Source of the DNA: Zygnema circumcarinatum SAG 698-1b
Lineage: Eukaryota > Plantae > Zygnematophyceae
Direction: 5' to 3'
Assembly (NCBI GenBank): GCA_037447605.1
Contig: CM074804.1
Coordinates: forward strand, 6,735,909 to 6,799,908
Length of the DNA: 64,000 nucleotides
Position numbers and translations under genes: made by a program
The notes under the pieces: model-generated
Database searches by the model: none
What the model was told of the DNA's origin: nothing
What the model saw: only the letters and a program-made list of their open reading frames with translations
Shown here: one piece after another, positions 60,931 to 64,000 of the stretch
Layout of the letters: each line of letters opens with the position of its first letter
Position numbering within the stretch: the first letter of the stretch is position 1

Positions 60931-62416
60931 ATGGCGACCGTCCCTGCAGCACTCTTCGCGTTCATCCTTCTTACTTCGAGCCTTGCTGCGGCGCAGTACG
61001 AGCCTGCTGCGGCGCCTGGAATGGGCGATCCCGCACCATCGTCGGATACCTCGAGCCCTGCTCTCTCTCCGGATCCTGGATCTGGGAATCCTGCACCTGT
61101 ACCTGACTCTGCACCTGTACCTGACTCTGCACCTGTACCTGAATCTGCACCAACCCCTGAATCCACACCAACCCCTGAATCTGCACCAACCCCTGAATCT
61201 GCACCAACCCCTGACTCTGCACCAACCCCTGACTCTGCACCAACCCCTGACTCTGCACCAACCCTGACTCTGCACCAACCCCTGACTCTGCACCAACCCC
61301 TGACTCTGCACCAACCCCTGACTCTGCACCAACCCCTGACTCTGCACCAACCCCTGACTCTGCACCAACCCCTGACTCTGCACCAACCCCTGACTCTGCA
61401 CCTGCGCCTCCGTCTGCCACAACCAAACCGTCAGCGTCACCCCCGCCAGCAGGCTCAGTGCGGGATAGTCCCCCCGCTCCTCGACACCCACCGCCGCCTC
61501 CAGCAAACGGCGCAGGTAAGCCACCTAATGTTCGATTTTTCTCCTTATTTTGGATACTTGGCCTTTCATGCATTCGTTTCCCCCGCCGCCTTTGTTTCTG
61601 CAACTAGTAGTTTTCATATTTAAGTCATGGAGAGGAGCCTCTGAATACAAAATTAGAAAGCGCGTACGATTTTCATTTCGTGATTTTTACGTTGCTGACC
61701 AGGAATGGACGCTATCAACTCTAAAATTCAGCTTTTCATTGCGTTGGTGTCCGCCAGCATTCTGCTTGCGGTATAAAGAGGATCCAAACCTGGAGCTTGG
61801 AACATCTGGATTCTGAAGGGAGCGTGACTCTTTGTTATATCTATGCTCTTCACCAATTCTGGTGTAGCTTCTTATCATTCGAAATTCAATTTTTACAAAC
61901 AAGATCATTTTACGTGATTATAAGGCGGCATTGCCAAATTTGTAGCTAAACAGTACACGGAAGGTGGCATCAACGCTTTTCATCTGATGCAAATCACCTA
62001 GTGAGGCTAGTGAGGCTGCTTCCTTCCACTGTGTCGAACTTGCAACCAGAATCACCGCGTCTGCATTAGAAAAAGGCGATACTAGGCTGCATGTGCGGGT
62101 CGGGCACCTGAAAATAAAACAACATCATCATCAGCCTGTGAACCTCAGTGTACATGTTGACGCCAAGTAGCAGTTTTCTCTACAAGAACTGTCCGTCTGT
62201 CCGTCCGTCCGTGTCTGTGTTCTGTCCATGATAATGTCGGCTGGATTTCGTGCAGCTTAACGATAAGGATCAACATCTGAAAAATGGATTGACAGCGTAT
62301 TACAAAATGTTGTGCCTCCCAAGACCATTGTTGCAGACGTCACTATTCTATGTTTTCAAGGCCTTATCTGCATTGCTACGTCTGGTTCGCTGACGATACT
62401 ATTGCATGTCCCTTAG
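60931..62416 (+). CDS. Classical arabinogalactan-protein-like gene: signal peptide, (PDSAPT)n repeats, putative GPI-signal exon; 1-nt frameshift in this assembly
   Basis: ATG at 60931, MATVPAALFAFILLTSSLAAAQ, then 18-bp repeats cctgactctgcaccaacc. One unit at 61262-61264 has CCC instead of CCCC. The corrected frame runs to ..PPPANGA|GTAAGC (about 61516). A candidate exon at 62337-62416 adds DVTILCFQGLICIATSGSLTILLHVP*. TATA-like motif near 60862. Confidence 0.72.
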
Positions 62417-62589
62417 CTGCAATTGTGCTCTTTGCGTGTGTGCACAACGACGATCTTGCCGACCGCCCGAGCCTTCCCATCACCTCCAGACCCGCCAACA
62501 CGCGGCGTCCCCCGTTCCGAGAATTCTCGAGCGACCGCGAGTCCAGTTCCCCGACTTTACGCGCTGCGCGCGGTGGGGGGGAGGGCGTA

Positions 62590-62810
62590 GGGGTTTAGGG
62601 TTTTAAGGTTTACAGTTTTAGGGTAGTAGGGTCAGGGTTTATAGGGTTAGGGGTTAGGGCTTCTGGCTTTAGGGTTAAGAGTTTTGGGTTGTAAAGTTAG
62701 GGTTTAAGGATCGTAGGGTTGGGGTTCTAGGATTAGAGTTTTAAGGTTCTAGGGTTCTATGGCTTTGGGTTTAGGATGCAGGGCTTAGGCCCTTAGGGTC
62801 AGGGTTCCCA
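62590..62810 (+). repeat. Degenerate interstitial telomere-like (TTTAGGG/TTAGGG) array
   Basis: Roughly 7-bp periodic T2-4AGGG variants, with perfect TTTAGGG at 62594, 62617 and 62668. Confidence 0.75.
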
Positions 62811-63274
62811 AGCCCTTCAACGTAGCGCATGAGCGTTGTGGCGCAACACGGAGGCGGTCACCTTGCGCTGGGAACTAGAATCGAGCATCGCCCAATGCCG
62901 CGCCCCCTTTTGCACACGTGGCTGATCGCCATTGGAGGTTCCTGCGACTGGGTCTTGTGAATGGAGGGCGACCGCGAGCCCCCCCGCGGTCACGTCGTCG
63001 CGGCGCCCGAGGTCGCGGCCCGCCCGCTCGCCCGCCAATCGCAGGGCCCGCCGACTCCGACTCTCCGCATGCCGTATGGCACCGTACATTTGGTCGGTCG
63101 AACCTTACGATACCGTACAGTACGGACATCAAGTTTGCCCAAAAGCGTCGCGTGTTGCCCATTCGACTCTGCCAACGTTGGACGGACTGCGGACGGCTTT
63201 AGGAGAAGGGGGGAGGGAGAGAGAGAGAGGGAGAGGGAGTGGGAGAGGGAGAGGGAGAGGGAGAGGAGGGGGAG

Positions 63275-63284
63275 NNNNNNNNNN
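63275..63284. other. Assembly gap (10 N) in a GA-rich tract
   Basis: N characters in the sequence. Confidence 1.
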
Positions 63285-63335
63285 AGGGGGAGGGGGAGGG
63301 GGGCAGGTGCGGACGGGACGCAAGCCGCAGGCGGC

Positions 63336-64000
63336 ATGATTGAAGCTAACGCCCTTCCTGCAAAGCGCCCTTTGCACATAGGCAAGGTGCACAGGCGCTT
63401 CATTGCGGCCCTCACATTCATATGCGGCCTTGCTTTAGGGTTTTTCCTCGGGTTGCAAAGCTCCTCCGGCGTGACCCGGAACCTGTATATTCGGAAGAAA
63501 GCCGCTGCTTTTGCAGGGGAGCGCGCTGAGGAGCACGCAGGACTGCTGCAGTTCATGTTGGAAGCAGGGCTTGCCACCTCGGAAGATGTTGGACAGGCGA
63601 ATCTCGAACAGCGGCCTGCAACGAACGAAGCTTCAAAGGCAAGTGTCGCAGAAGGCTGTGGAAAAGGCAAAGTGGACGGAGCCAGCGATAAAACAGTCCT
63701 GTAAGACAAAGGAGGGACGGAGAGAGAGGAGCATGCAAGTGGAGAGAGCGTTTCAACGGAGAGACCGTATTGAGAGCTTTCAAGCAGAAATGCACAGCAT
63801 AGCGCAGCTCCTTAGAGGGGATGTGGATGCGCAGCCCACATCCATTCAGTGATGTTTGGCACGAAATGGACGACGAGGAACTCTTTGTACGGGCGCTTCA
63901 AATCGGGATGGGATCGCCGCAAAAGTGGGATGCCAGTTCGAAGAGGAAGCTGGCAGTTTTGTTTTTGGTTCGAGGGGATCTTCCGCTTGCGCCATTCTGG
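63336..64000 (+). CDS. Core-2/I-branching (GT14-like, DUF266/BC10-type) glycosyltransferase, 5' part, runs off the window
   Basis: ATG at 63336, type II membrane anchor RFIAALTFICGLALGFFLG, then a stem. From about 63850 the frame reads DVWHEMDDEELFVRA..KRKLAVLFLVRGDLPLAPFW, matching the family motif HxMxDEELFWRA..KVAFMFLTRGPLPLAPLW. Confidence 0.85.

Noticed and set aside
60681-61603. Antisense ORFs with GAESGV / GLVQSQ repeats
   Set aside because: Reverse-strand translations of the AGP 18-bp repeat.

Overview
Eukaryotic nuclear DNA from a green plant. It is intron-rich with mostly GT-AG introns and two 10-N assembly gaps. A streptophyte alga or early-diverging land plant is my inference, and the species cannot be fixed from the sequence alone. 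No prokaryotic operon or CRISPR array is present. Spliced genes that can be reconstructed, left to right: a PWWP-domain chromatin protein (-), a plastid alpha/beta-hydrolase (-), a golgin-84/GC1-like protein (+), LHCA5 (+), an F-box/kelch protein (+), an intronless orphan ORF of about 520 aa (+), tRNA-Leu(CAG) (-), an SLX1/HIGLE-like GIY-YIG nuclease (+), a DUF1338/HglS-like 2-oxoadipate dioxygenase (-), two head-to-head TIP-like aquaporins, a frameshifted arabinogalactan-protein-like gene (+), and the 5' part of a DUF266/GT14-like glycosyltransferase (+). Mobile DNA: a Copia LTR element reduced to an intact gag plus a decayed RNase H, several non-autonomous hAT and TA-targeting MITE families, and a 90-bp satellite hosting a nested transposon stack that includes a 700-bp fold-back and a 474-bp tandem MITE-core unit. 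Best leads: (1) the divergent aquaporin pair with an unusual H/V/P/R selectivity filter and a shared promoter carrying seven G-boxes; (2) the gag-only Copia whose ORF stays open although its LTRs and RNase H have decayed; (3) the nested transposon stack; (4) the G-box-driven orphan with a VQ-like motif; (5) GTAC (SBP-box core) clusters carried by MITEs. Exon boundaries were read by eye and need RNA-seq confirmation.
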